DNA from: Bacteroidota bacterium
GTDB taxonomy: Bacteria > Bacteroidota > Rhodothermia > Rhodothermales > Bin80
DNA length: 64,000 nt
Reading direction: 5' to 3'
NCBI GenBank assembly: GCA_028873925.1
Contig: JAPPNA010000070.1
Coordinates: forward strand, 13,821-77,820
Part shown: one piece after another, positions 18,892 through 26,784 of the stretch
Layout: each line of letters starts with the position of its first letter
How positions within the stretch are numbered: the stretch's first letter is position 1
Notes under the pieces: generated by a model
What the model was told of the DNA's origin: nothing
The model's input: only the letters and a program-made list of their open reading frames with translations
The model's database searches: none
Translations under genes and position numbers: made by a program

Positions 18892-18929
18892 ATAATTTGT
18901 TACTATATTGGGTAAATGTCGGGTGGCGC

Positions 18930-18960
18930 TTGATTTGGCGAACGGTCCGGCTTATATTGT
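18930..18960 (+). promoter_or_regulatory. Possible Bacteroidetes-type promoter (TTG-N20-TATATTGT) upstream of the Met-rich lipoprotein gene
   Basis: TTG at 18930-18932 and TATATTGT at 18953-18960 approximate the TTG...TAnnTTTG consensus. This is a motif match only. Confidence 0.2.
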
Positions 18961-19002
18961 GCCTTAATTGAGGCAATTTTGTTTACTAAACGGAGCGATC
19001 CA

Positions 19003-19275
19003 ATGAAAGAACTGAGATTCCTTGTGATATTGGCGCTGATAGTCGGAGTCTTTGCGGGCTGCGCGCCCAGCACCGATGAGGCGGATGACGCGGCGGACGA
19101 TGGCATGGAAGAGGCTGGAGACATGATGGATGAAGGCATGGAAGGTGATGGCATGATGGAGGAGGCCGACACCATGATGATGGAGGAGGCCGATACGACC
19201 ATGATGATGGACGGAGAAGGCGATGCCATGATGGATGAAGGGGCCTCCGACGAAGGCGGCGAGGAGCACCCATAG
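19003..19275 (+). CDS. Small Met/Asp/Glu-rich lipoprotein
   Basis: The ATG at 19003 gives 'MKELRFLVILALIVGVFAGC', a signal peptide plus lipobox Cys. The 70-aa mature part contains 14 Met and 28 Asp/Glu by my count. An in-frame near-repeat ATGATGGAGGAGGCCGAYAC lies at 19153-19173 and again at 19177-19197. Confidence 0.6.
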   Translation: MKELRFLVILALIVGVFAGCAPSTDEADDAADDGMEEAGDMMDEGMEGDGMMEEADTMMMEEADTTMMMDGEGDAMMDEGASDEGGEEHP

Positions 19276-20081
19276 GGCTGCTTCGGGATTGAGGACGTAG
19301 AACGCCAGGTGGCGGGCTGTCCTCTTGAGGTTGCATGGTCACGGGCCATTTTGGCGCTGTGCGGGTGGGTTATATCCAGACAGCAACGCTACTTGGGCAG
19401 CACTGCGGGGTAGGTACCGGTTGGGATACCGCGCCATACCGGCCCGGTGTGTTCCGCCCGCGAGCGGGCGCGGACCGCACTCGGATGAGGAGATTCCGCA
19501 TTGATTGGTGATCCGGCAGCGGAGCGTTCATACCACTTGGCCCGGACCGACGAAGCAAATCCGTGCTCGGAGGCCGAATGGTCGGGCTTCCACTCGTCCG
19601 GGCTTGGACTTGGACCGGGTATCAGTTGGCAGTGGCGTTTGGTGATGGCAGCCGGTCAGGCCCCGACCGGAGCCCTTCATCGTTACGGGCGAGGCGGGGT
19701 CCGCCAATGGATGTCACCTTACAGGAATATCCCCCGCAGTACGCGAACATGTGCGACCCCGCCACAGGTGTGGCAAGGCATTGCGTAGGATTGCGAGGTG
19801 GTCGGCGGGATGTGTGTCCGCCGCGGTAACGGGCAGATTCAGATGCGGTACGCCCTGGGTGGTAACGTATCGGGATTCCTGCCCAGTTTTCCGCATTGAT
19901 TTTCAGCGCAGATACGAAGGGTGGTGACAGCCATCGCGTTGGGGCGCGGGAAGATTCGGACTGAATTAACGTAATTCCATATGGGTGCCCGCCCGACGGC
20001 GGCAGAGTTTCAAGGGCCGGGATCCGGCCAGGGTCGCCTGCTATTGTAGCTTTGTCCGGGGTGATGCCGCGAAGGCGCGCA

Positions 20082-20600
20082 TTACGATTCGTCAGAAAAA
20101 TCCCGATAGCCCAAAAAGTGCAGCACATACTTAATCTTGGCCGCCTTCCCGGGGCCAAAACCGGGTAATGCCAGGAGCCGTTTGTGTAGGGTGGCGACAT
20201 CCGCGCCATCATTCCAGAGGCGGACCACCTCTCCCTGGTAGTGATCCACTAGGTGTCGGGCGACCTTTTGGGTGTGTTTGGCCATCATATTGGTAAATCG
20301 GTGGACCGCCAGGGGCTGAGCGAAGAGGGCACTAAGCTCACCCAATTCCATTTCGGCGATGCGGGCCATGTCCAGGTGTCCCAACCGATCAAAGAGTCTC
20401 TTGGGTCCCATAAAGGCATATTCCGCGCGGACCCGCTGATCGAACAGCAGCCCCAGGAGCGCGGCTTCAGGATGTTCGCGGAGGAACTTATCTTCCTCTG
20501 GATCCCCGGTTAGGGTGCCCTCTTCCAGAAAGCGGTCCATCATGCGGCGCAGTCCGCCTCCGGCGCTACTGATGTCTAGGTCCGGTACCGTCCAAATCAT
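20082..20600 (-). CDS. HhH-GPD-type base-excision DNA repair family protein
   Basis: 'AALLGLLFDQRVRAEYAFMGPKRLFDRLG', 'VHRFTNMMAKHTQKVARHLVDHYQG' and 'LLALPGFGPGKAAKI' match my memory of this ~170-190-aa family. The start lies 1 nt after the cysS stop. Confidence 0.65.
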   Translation of the reverse strand: MIWTVPDLDISSAGGGLRRMMDRFLEEGTLTGDPEEDKFLREHPEAALLGLLFDQRVRAEYAFMGPKRLFDRLGHLDMARIAEMELGELSALFAQPLAVHRFTNMMAKHTQKVARHLVDHYQGEVVRLWNDGADVATLHKRLLALPGFGPGKAAKIKYVLHFLGYRDFSDES

Positions 20601-20601
20601 G

Positions 20602-22095
20602 CTATAGGGTGCTTTTTTTCTGCCAGGTTGTACCTTCGGGACTGTCCTTCAGGGTGATGCCCAGGGCCTGTAATTCATCCCGAATTGCGTCGGCACGGGC
20701 CCAGTTGCGCGCACGGCGCGCAGCCGCCCGTTCCGCTACGAGTGTGCTAATGTGCAGGTCCGGCTCGCGGGCGGTGCTTTCCCCGTCGGAGGTCTCTTCA
20801 ACCTTCGCGCCCTGGATAACCCCCAGAAGATCCTCGATCCGACTTAGGAATGTGGTAGCACTCCGGGCTGAATCGAGTGACAGTTTGTCGCGGTACGTAC
20901 GGATGAGTTTTGTGCCCTCCAGTGTTTTGGCGATGGCGACCGGGGTGTTGAGATCATCCAACATGGCACCGAGTGCGGCTTCATATACGGAATTCAATGA
21001 TTCACCAAGCTCGTCCGGCCCTTCAGCGGCGCGGCTTACGCCCTCTGCCGCAACTGTCCATGCGTCGGCAAAGCGGTGTACAAGTCGCTCGCAATCGCGT
21101 AGTGTGGTCAGCGTGAAATTGAACGGCTTGCGGTACTGCCCGCTGATCAGCGCCAGCCTGAGTGCCAGCGGATGCACCTTGTGTTCCTGTATCAGTTCGC
21201 GTACCGTATGAAAATTGCCGAGCCGTTTGGACATTTTTCGGCCTTCCACCTGGAGGAATCGTGTGTGGACCCAGTAGCGGGCAAACGGTTCACCGCAAAG
21301 CCCTTCGGCTTGGGCGATTTCGCATTCATGGTGCGGGAATATCAGGTCTTCGCCGCCGGTGTGCAGGTCAATTGACGGTCCCAGATAGGTCTGCGCCATG
21401 ACGGAGCACTCAATGTGCCACCCCGGGAATCCCCAGCCCCAGGGGCTATGCCACTGCATCAGGTGGTCCGGATCTTTCTTCCACAGCGCAAAATCCCGCG
21501 GATCCCGTTTCTGCGGATCCACCACTACATCCCGGACGGCCTGCGTCAGGGCGGCGCTGTCGGTATTGCCGGACAGTTTTCCGTACCCGGCGAAGTCGGG
21601 CACCGCGAAGTACACTGCCTGAGAGGTTTCATAGGCGAGACCGCGCGCAATCAGGGCCTCCACCGCATGGATCTGTTCTCCGACATGTTCGGTCGCACGC
21701 GGCCGTACCGCCGGTTCCAGAAGATTAAGCGTGCGCCAGTCCGTCAGCAGCTCTTCGGTAAAGTAGCGGGCCAGATCCCAGACATTGGCAAAGCGCTTCC
21801 CCTGCTGACTGCTGATGGCCCGTGCCATTCGGTCTTCGCCGGACGGATCAATCGTGTCATCGCCGGTCAGATGTCCGACATCGGTAATGTTTGTCACATA
21901 GGTGACGCGCCAGTTGAGGGCCTTGGCGGTCCGCACGATAAGGTCTGCGGTGAGAAAGCTCCGAAAATTGCCGATATGTGCGTGTGAATAAACCGTTGGA
22001 CCGCATCCGTAAATGCGCAGATGGTCGGGTTCAATCAGTTTGAGTGGCTCAGTCCGACGGGTGAGCGTATTGTGAAGCCGGAATGTGTGAGCCAT
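20602..22095 (-). CDS. cysS: Cysteine--tRNA ligase
   Basis: Class I signatures: HIGH 'YSHAHIGNFR' and KMSKS 'KMSKRLGNF'. Also 'GWHIECS' and the typical N-terminus 'LHNTLTRRTEPL'. Confidence 0.95.
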   Translation of the reverse strand: MAHTFRLHNTLTRRTEPLKLIEPDHLRIYGCGPTVYSHAHIGNFRSFLTADLIVRTAKALNWRVTYVTNITDVGHLTGDDTIDPSGEDRMARAISSQQGKRFANVWDLARYFTEELLTDWRTLNLLEPAVRPRATEHVGEQIHAVEALIARGLAYETSQAVYFAVPDFAGYGKLSGNTDSAALTQAVRDVVVDPQKRDPRDFALWKKDPDHLMQWHSPWGWGFPGWHIECSVMAQTYLGPSIDLHTGGEDLIFPHHECEIAQAEGLCGEPFARYWVHTRFLQVEGRKMSKRLGNFHTVRELIQEHKVHPLALRLALISGQYRKPFNFTLTTLRDCERLVHRFADAWTVAAEGVSRAAEGPDELGESLNSVYEAALGAMLDDLNTPVAIAKTLEGTKLIRTYRDKLSLDSARSATTFLSRIEDLLGVIQGAKVEETSDGESTAREPDLHISTLVAERAAARRARNWARADAIRDELQALGITLKDSPEGTTWQKKSTL

Positions 22096-22138
22096 AAGGG
22101 GCTGTAGCGAAATCCCTGCTCAAACGGAATCCGGCGGG

Positions 22139-23587
22139 CTATGTGCCCACGATAGCCACGAGGGGACCCTCGGTGAGCAGCACACTGAGAGCCTGTCCGA
22201 TGGCTGCTGCAAATCCAGGGAGCTGCGTCAGGTCATCGCCCCACAGTTCCTCACTGGAAAGCACGGATTGCACGAATGCCTCCAGATGGCGCTCGTCGCG
22301 TGGCCACCAGTCCAAGAAGCGCTCGGCCTGCGAGTCATTGATGAGATAGTCCGCTCCGTGCATCGTGCCGTACACGGCGTGTCCGTCGGATCGCGTGCCC
22401 CGCATGAATCGCAGCCAGGCGGCAAAACCGAGTGCGATCCGGCGCGGAACTTTGCGGCCCGCATGTTGGCGATAAAAGTCGTGCAGCGTCGGCACCACGC
22501 GATGGCGCATTTTGGTGGTGGACTCCAGGGTAATGTCCATCAGCCGGTGATGCATAAACGGATTGCTCCAGCGCATGAGCACTTCGCTGACATAGGGCGG
22601 GACGGTTGACGGGTCCACATCCAGGACCGGGCCGATTTCCCGGCGCAGCAGGTTTTCAATGAAGGGCCGCACCAGGGGATGCTGCATGTTGTCCAGGACC
22701 GTTCCGCATCCGGCCAGCAGTCCAAGCGGCACGCTCAGGGTGTGGCCTCCGTTGAGCAGGCGGATCTTGCGGATTCGGTAGGGGGTGATGTCCGGTGCAA
22801 TCACAATATCGTTGTGTTGCGTAAAGGCCAGTTGATCGGCCAGTGCGGTATCGCTTTCAATGGCCCAAAGCCGGTACGGCTCGGCCACGGTCAGAAGTTC
22901 GTCGCGCCACCCGATAGTCCGGAATGCGGCCTCCAGTTCCTGCTTACTCGGGTAGCCGGGTACAATCCGGTCCACCAGGGTGTTGCAGAATCGCACGCAT
23001 TCATTCAACCAGACCCGGTATCGTTCACTCAGTGACCAGCGCCGGGTCTGCTCATGAACCAGCGCACGCAGTTTGCGTCCGTTGTTGTCAATCAGTTCAC
23101 ACGGCAGCACCATCAGCCCGCGATCGCGCGCATACCCGAAGTGTTCCGCGCGTTGATGCAGCAGGGCGGTCAATCGGGCCGGGTAGGAGCGGGGAGCTTC
23201 CGGGCGGTCCTCATCATCCAGGGACAGGCCGATTTCGGTGGTGTTTGAGAATATGGCTGTCAGTTCGGGCAGGCAGGCCAGCGTTAACACATCGTTCCAC
23301 TGGGTCCGGGCTGACAAAGCGCCCTCGATGGCTTCAATGGTATCCAGGGTTTCAGTGGGTTGATCGTCCACCAGGCCCCGGGTCCAGAGTGTAAAGCGGC
23401 CCTGCTGACGATTGAACTGTTCCACGCGACCGCTGTCGGTGGAGGCGATCATGACGATACGTCCGGCTATATCGCCTCGCCGATTAGCCTCATCCACAAA
23501 GGTATCCGCGAAGGCGCGAATAAACCGCCCGGTGCCGAATTGGAGAAACCTGACGGGGCGCTCGCTGACCGTTGAAGGCGGGTTCAT
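22139..23587 (-). CDS. uxaB: Tagaturonate reductase (altronate oxidoreductase)
   Basis: Colinear with E. coli UxaB as recalled: 'FLQFGTGRFIRAF', 'FSNTTEIG', 'SYPARLTALL', 'LPCELIDNNG', 'FCNTLVDRIVPGYP'. Confidence 0.85.
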   Translation of the reverse strand: MNPPSTVSERPVRFLQFGTGRFIRAFADTFVDEANRRGDIAGRIVMIASTDSGRVEQFNRQQGRFTLWTRGLVDDQPTETLDTIEAIEGALSARTQWNDVLTLACLPELTAIFSNTTEIGLSLDDEDRPEAPRSYPARLTALLHQRAEHFGYARDRGLMVLPCELIDNNGRKLRALVHEQTRRWSLSERYRVWLNECVRFCNTLVDRIVPGYPSKQELEAAFRTIGWRDELLTVAEPYRLWAIESDTALADQLAFTQHNDIVIAPDITPYRIRKIRLLNGGHTLSVPLGLLAGCGTVLDNMQHPLVRPFIENLLRREIGPVLDVDPSTVPPYVSEVLMRWSNPFMHHRLMDITLESTTKMRHRVVPTLHDFYRQHAGRKVPRRIALGFAAWLRFMRGTRSDGHAVYGTMHGADYLINDSQAERFLDWWPRDERHLEAFVQSVLSSEELWGDDLTQLPGFAAAIGQALSVLLTEGPLVAIVGT

Positions 23588-23958
23588 CGGAGAGATGGGA
23601 GCTGCTTTAACGCAGATTGTGCACGGGAGTTAATGCCGACCCAATATAGGCAGGCCGCCGGATTCGGTTGCGCGCAACGCAGTCCTGGCTCCTTCGTATG
23701 CCCGGTCCGCCAAATCCAGCTGCGATTGTGACCGCTCCTGGCCCCGCGCAGGCCGCAGGTCATCGGATCCTGATCCACACATAGGCTGAGCGGGATTTCA
23801 TGCTTAGCCACTTCCTGGAATCTGACCGGATCCGCCTGCCGGAAGGGGCACCGTGGAGGTTGATCCCGATCTCTCCGACATTGGAGTGGCGCATTGCCAG
23901 GCACCGGAGCATGGGCAGAATTGCCGTAGATTGGTTAATTTGAAGGCTGAACCGGATT

Positions 23959-26784
23959 GTGAATGGGTGCCTGATGCTCACTACCGCGCTCCCGAAATTC
24001 AAGCAACAGACACCTGCTGCTGGCATTAGGCATCTGCTGACTGAGACTTTTGGGAATGGTTGGGGGTGGTCTGTAGCGGGGTTTCTTCTGGTGATGGCCT
24101 TTCTCCTGAATGCGGCCCAGCTCTCGGCGGCATCAGGATCAACAGGCAAGATCGCGGGCCGGATTGTGGACGCGGACACGGGTGCTCCGGTCCCCGGAGC
24201 CGTAGTCAGAATTGAAGAAACAGTTCTTGGTGACGCGGCCGACAGCGAGGGCCACTATGCAATAATCAATGTAAAGCCGGGCACATACGCGATCGTGGCC
24301 TCCATAATCGGATACGCCACGGTGCGGATTGAGAATGTTGAAGTGTCGGCGGACCGGACTACGCGGGTCAACATTGAGCTCCGGGAGGCCGTAATTGAGG
24401 GCGAGGAGGTCGTGGTCATCGCCCAACGCCCGCTTATTGAGCAGGACCGTACGACTTCAGCGTCGTATGTGTCCGCTGAGGCTATCGAAAGCCTTCCGGT
24501 TCAGGAATTCCAGGACCTTCTGCAGCTGCAGCCGGGCGTAGCCTATGACGCATCCGGGCGCCTCCATTTGCGCGGAGGACGTCACGGCGAGGTCGCCTAT
24601 ATGATCGATGGCATCCCGGTCACAGACCAGTTCAGCGGCGGAAGCAAGATTGAAATTGAAAACAGCTGGGTACAGGAACTGCAGGTAATCAGCGGCACAT
24701 TCAACGCGGAGTACGGCCAGGCACAGTCAGGTGTCATCAATGTTGTCTCTAAAGAAGGGAGACCCGTGCTGGGAGGGATGGTCTCGTTCTTTGGAGGCGG
24801 TCATCTGACGGGGAGAAACGATGTCTTCCTCAATTCCACATCGCCCGGACTGTCCGAGTTTAATGGAGAAATTTCCCTGGATGGTCCGATTCCTTTTCTT
24901 CCGTCGGGGGCATTTCTGATCAGCGGTCGCCTCCTTGACGCTGACGGGTGGCTGTTCGGCGAACGGAGGGTCCGGATTGACGATACGGTTCCGATTCAGG
25001 AGTTTATTCGTCAGGCCCGCCAGACATCAACCGATCATGAGACGCTGGTTGGCATTCGGATTCCCGATTCACTGCAGACGGGGGATGGCGCAAAGGTTCC
25101 GATGAATAACCGCAGGAAACTCGCACTGCATTCCTCGCTGTCGGTGCGTCCGCTACGGGCGCTGAAGGTTAGCTATTCCCTGTTTCTCAGCGGTCAGGAG
25201 CGGAAGAATTATCAGGATAGCCGCCGATTTGCCCCGGATGGTCAGCCAACGGTCACCGATCGGGGACAGAATCATATCCTGTCTCTGACCCACACCCTGA
25301 CATCATCCACCTTTTATCGCATGGCTTTTTCGTTCCAGCGTGACCGGCGGAAGAGCCGTCTGTTTGACGATCCGCTGGATCCGCGATACCAGGGTGTAGC
25401 ATTCGGCACCCAAGGGTTTCTGTTTGGCGGGACCGGCAACGGACGCTCCGAGACTACGCAGGACCTGTATTACGCGAAAGTGGACTTTACCAGTCAGGCG
25501 GACCGGTTCAATCTCATCAAGATGGGGATGGAATATCGGCGGCACCGCATCAGGACGCGCGAACTGGTGATTATTTCGGATGGCCCGGTATATGAGTCGC
25601 CCAATCTTCGCATTCCGTCAGAAAACACGGCCGGCAATGATGCCTATACCCAGCAGCCGCGCGAGTTATCCGCCTACGTGCAGGACAAGATTGAAATTGA
25701 TGAGATTATTCTGAATGCCGGTTTGCGCTTTGACTACTGGGATCCCAGAAGCCGCATACCGACAGATCTGGAAGCCATTACCAATCCGGAGAACGGCATT
25801 CGGCTGGATACGGACTTTGAAGCGTCCGCAACGAGCTCCCAACTCAGCCCCCGGATCGGGCTGGCATTCCCGATTGCCGAAACGGGGGTGCTCCATGTGT
25901 CGTACGGCCATTTTTTCCAGATCCCGCGATTTTCGTACATCTTCACCAACTCCGAGTTTGAGGTGCAGCTGGGTGACCTGGAAACGCTGATGGGCAATGC
26001 TAATCTGAAACCGGAAAGAACGATTGCCTACGAAGTAGGCGTGCAGCAGGCTATCGCAGCTGACTGGAAGTTTGAGCTTACCGTCTATTACAAGAATATC
26101 AAGAACCTCCTCGGGCAGGAAATCATCACAACGCGTGACAAGAAGATCTATGCGCGCTACATCAACCGGGATTACGGCAATACGCGTGGGATCGTATTCT
26201 CTCTGATCCGGCAGTATCGGGGGAGCCTCGGCGCGACGGTGGATTACACCTACCAGATTGCCCGCGGTAATGCTTCGGATCCCAACGCGGTCTTCTTTGA
26301 CCACCAGGCCAGTCCGCCGCGCGAAAGTGAGAAGCAGATTCTCCCGTTGGACTGGGATCAGCGCCATACGCTGAACGGGACCCTGATCATGGGCAATCCC
26401 CGCAGTTGGACGCTGAGCCTTATTGGCCGCTTCCATACCGGCCAGCCTTATACGCCCACCGATCCCGGCAGCGCCCTGGCAGAGCAGTTTGAGAACAGCG
26501 AGTGGAAGCCGTCGCAGGTGAGTCTGGATGTAAACTTCAACCGCCGCTTTCAATGGGGAGCGGTGCGCGTGAAGTTGTTTGCGCGGGTGCATAATGCGCT
26601 GGATCGGCTGAATGCGGACCGCGTGTATTCCAGTACCGGTAATCCGGCGCATCCGTATCGAACGGTGGGTGAAGCGGAAATTCTCGCGCAGAATCCCAAT
26701 TTCACCGTGGATGAGATTAATCTGAGGCCGGACTTTTATTCCGAACCCCGGCGGATTGTCGCGGGGGTTGAACTGGGTTTTTGA
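23959..26784 (+). CDS. TonB-dependent-receptor-like outer-membrane barrel with an N-terminal carboxypeptidase-regulatory-like domain
   Basis: 'GKIAGRIVDADTGAPVPGAVVRI...GHYAIINVKPGTYAIVASIIGY' is the CarbopepD_reg-like domain. A plug region 'RLHLRGGRHGEVAYMIDGIPV' follows, then a long beta-barrel ending in the aromatic '...GVELGF'. The exact start is uncertain (23959 or a downstream Met). Confidence 0.8.
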   Translation: MNGCLMLTTALPKFKQQTPAAGIRHLLTETFGNGWGWSVAGFLLVMAFLLNAAQLSAASGSTGKIAGRIVDADTGAPVPGAVVRIEETVLGDAADSEGHYAIINVKPGTYAIVASIIGYATVRIENVEVSADRTTRVNIELREAVIEGEEVVVIAQRPLIEQDRTTSASYVSAEAIESLPVQEFQDLLQLQPGVAYDASGRLHLRGGRHGEVAYMIDGIPVTDQFSGGSKIEIENSWVQELQVISGTFNAEYGQAQSGVINVVSKEGRPVLGGMVSFFGGGHLTGRNDVFLNSTSPGLSEFNGEISLDGPIPFLPSGAFLISGRLLDADGWLFGERRVRIDDTVPIQEFIRQARQTSTDHETLVGIRIPDSLQTGDGAKVPMNNRRKLALHSSLSVRPLRALKVSYSLFLSGQERKNYQDSRRFAPDGQPTVTDRGQNHILSLTHTLTSSTFYRMAFSFQRDRRKSRLFDDPLDPRYQGVAFGTQGFLFGGTGNGRSETTQDLYYAKVDFTSQADRFNLIKMGMEYRRHRIRTRELVIISDGPVYESPNLRIPSENTAGNDAYTQQPRELSAYVQDKIEIDEIILNAGLRFDYWDPRSRIPTDLEAITNPENGIRLDTDFEASATSSQLSPRIGLAFPIAETGVLHVSYGHFFQIPRFSYIFTNSEFEVQLGDLETLMGNANLKPERTIAYEVGVQQAIAADWKFELTVYYKNIKNLLGQEIITTRDKKIYARYINRDYGNTRGIVFSLIRQYRGSLGATVDYTYQIARGNASDPNAVFFDHQASPPRESEKQILPLDWDQRHTLNGTLIMGNPRSWTLSLIGRFHTGQPYTPTDPGSALAEQFENSEWKPSQVSLDVNFNRRFQWGAVRVKLFARVHNALDRLNADRVYSSTGNPAHPYRTVGEAEILAQNPNFTVDEINLRPDFYSEPRRIVAGVELGF

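Noticed and set aside
18903-19349. Three overlapping minus-strand ORFs (148, 118 and 101 aa) lie opposite the Met-rich lipoprotein gene.
   Set aside because: They are compositional mirror images of the GAT/GAG/ATG-rich coding strand, giving Ser/Ile/His/Pro runs. Only the plus-strand frame has a signal peptide and lipobox.
19276-20081. I tried to assign the ORF-free region to a known RNA: RNase P, tmRNA, SRP/4.5S, a TPP riboswitch or a cobalamin riboswitch.
   Set aside because: I found no GAGGAAAGTCCGGGC/ACAGAACCCGGCTTA P4 pair at a sensible spacing, no tRNA-like TCCACCA end or tag reading frame, and no CTGAGA...CTGGATAATGCCAGCG. There is only a one-gap B12-box-like string, with no downstream gene on that strand. 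It stays unassigned (see findings).
19622-20212. A 196-aa minus-strand ORF covers part of the ORF-free region.
   Set aside because: Its composition is Arg/Pro/Gly/Ser-rich and unlike a real protein, it overlaps the 3' end of the HhH-GPD gene in another frame, and I recognise no motif in it.
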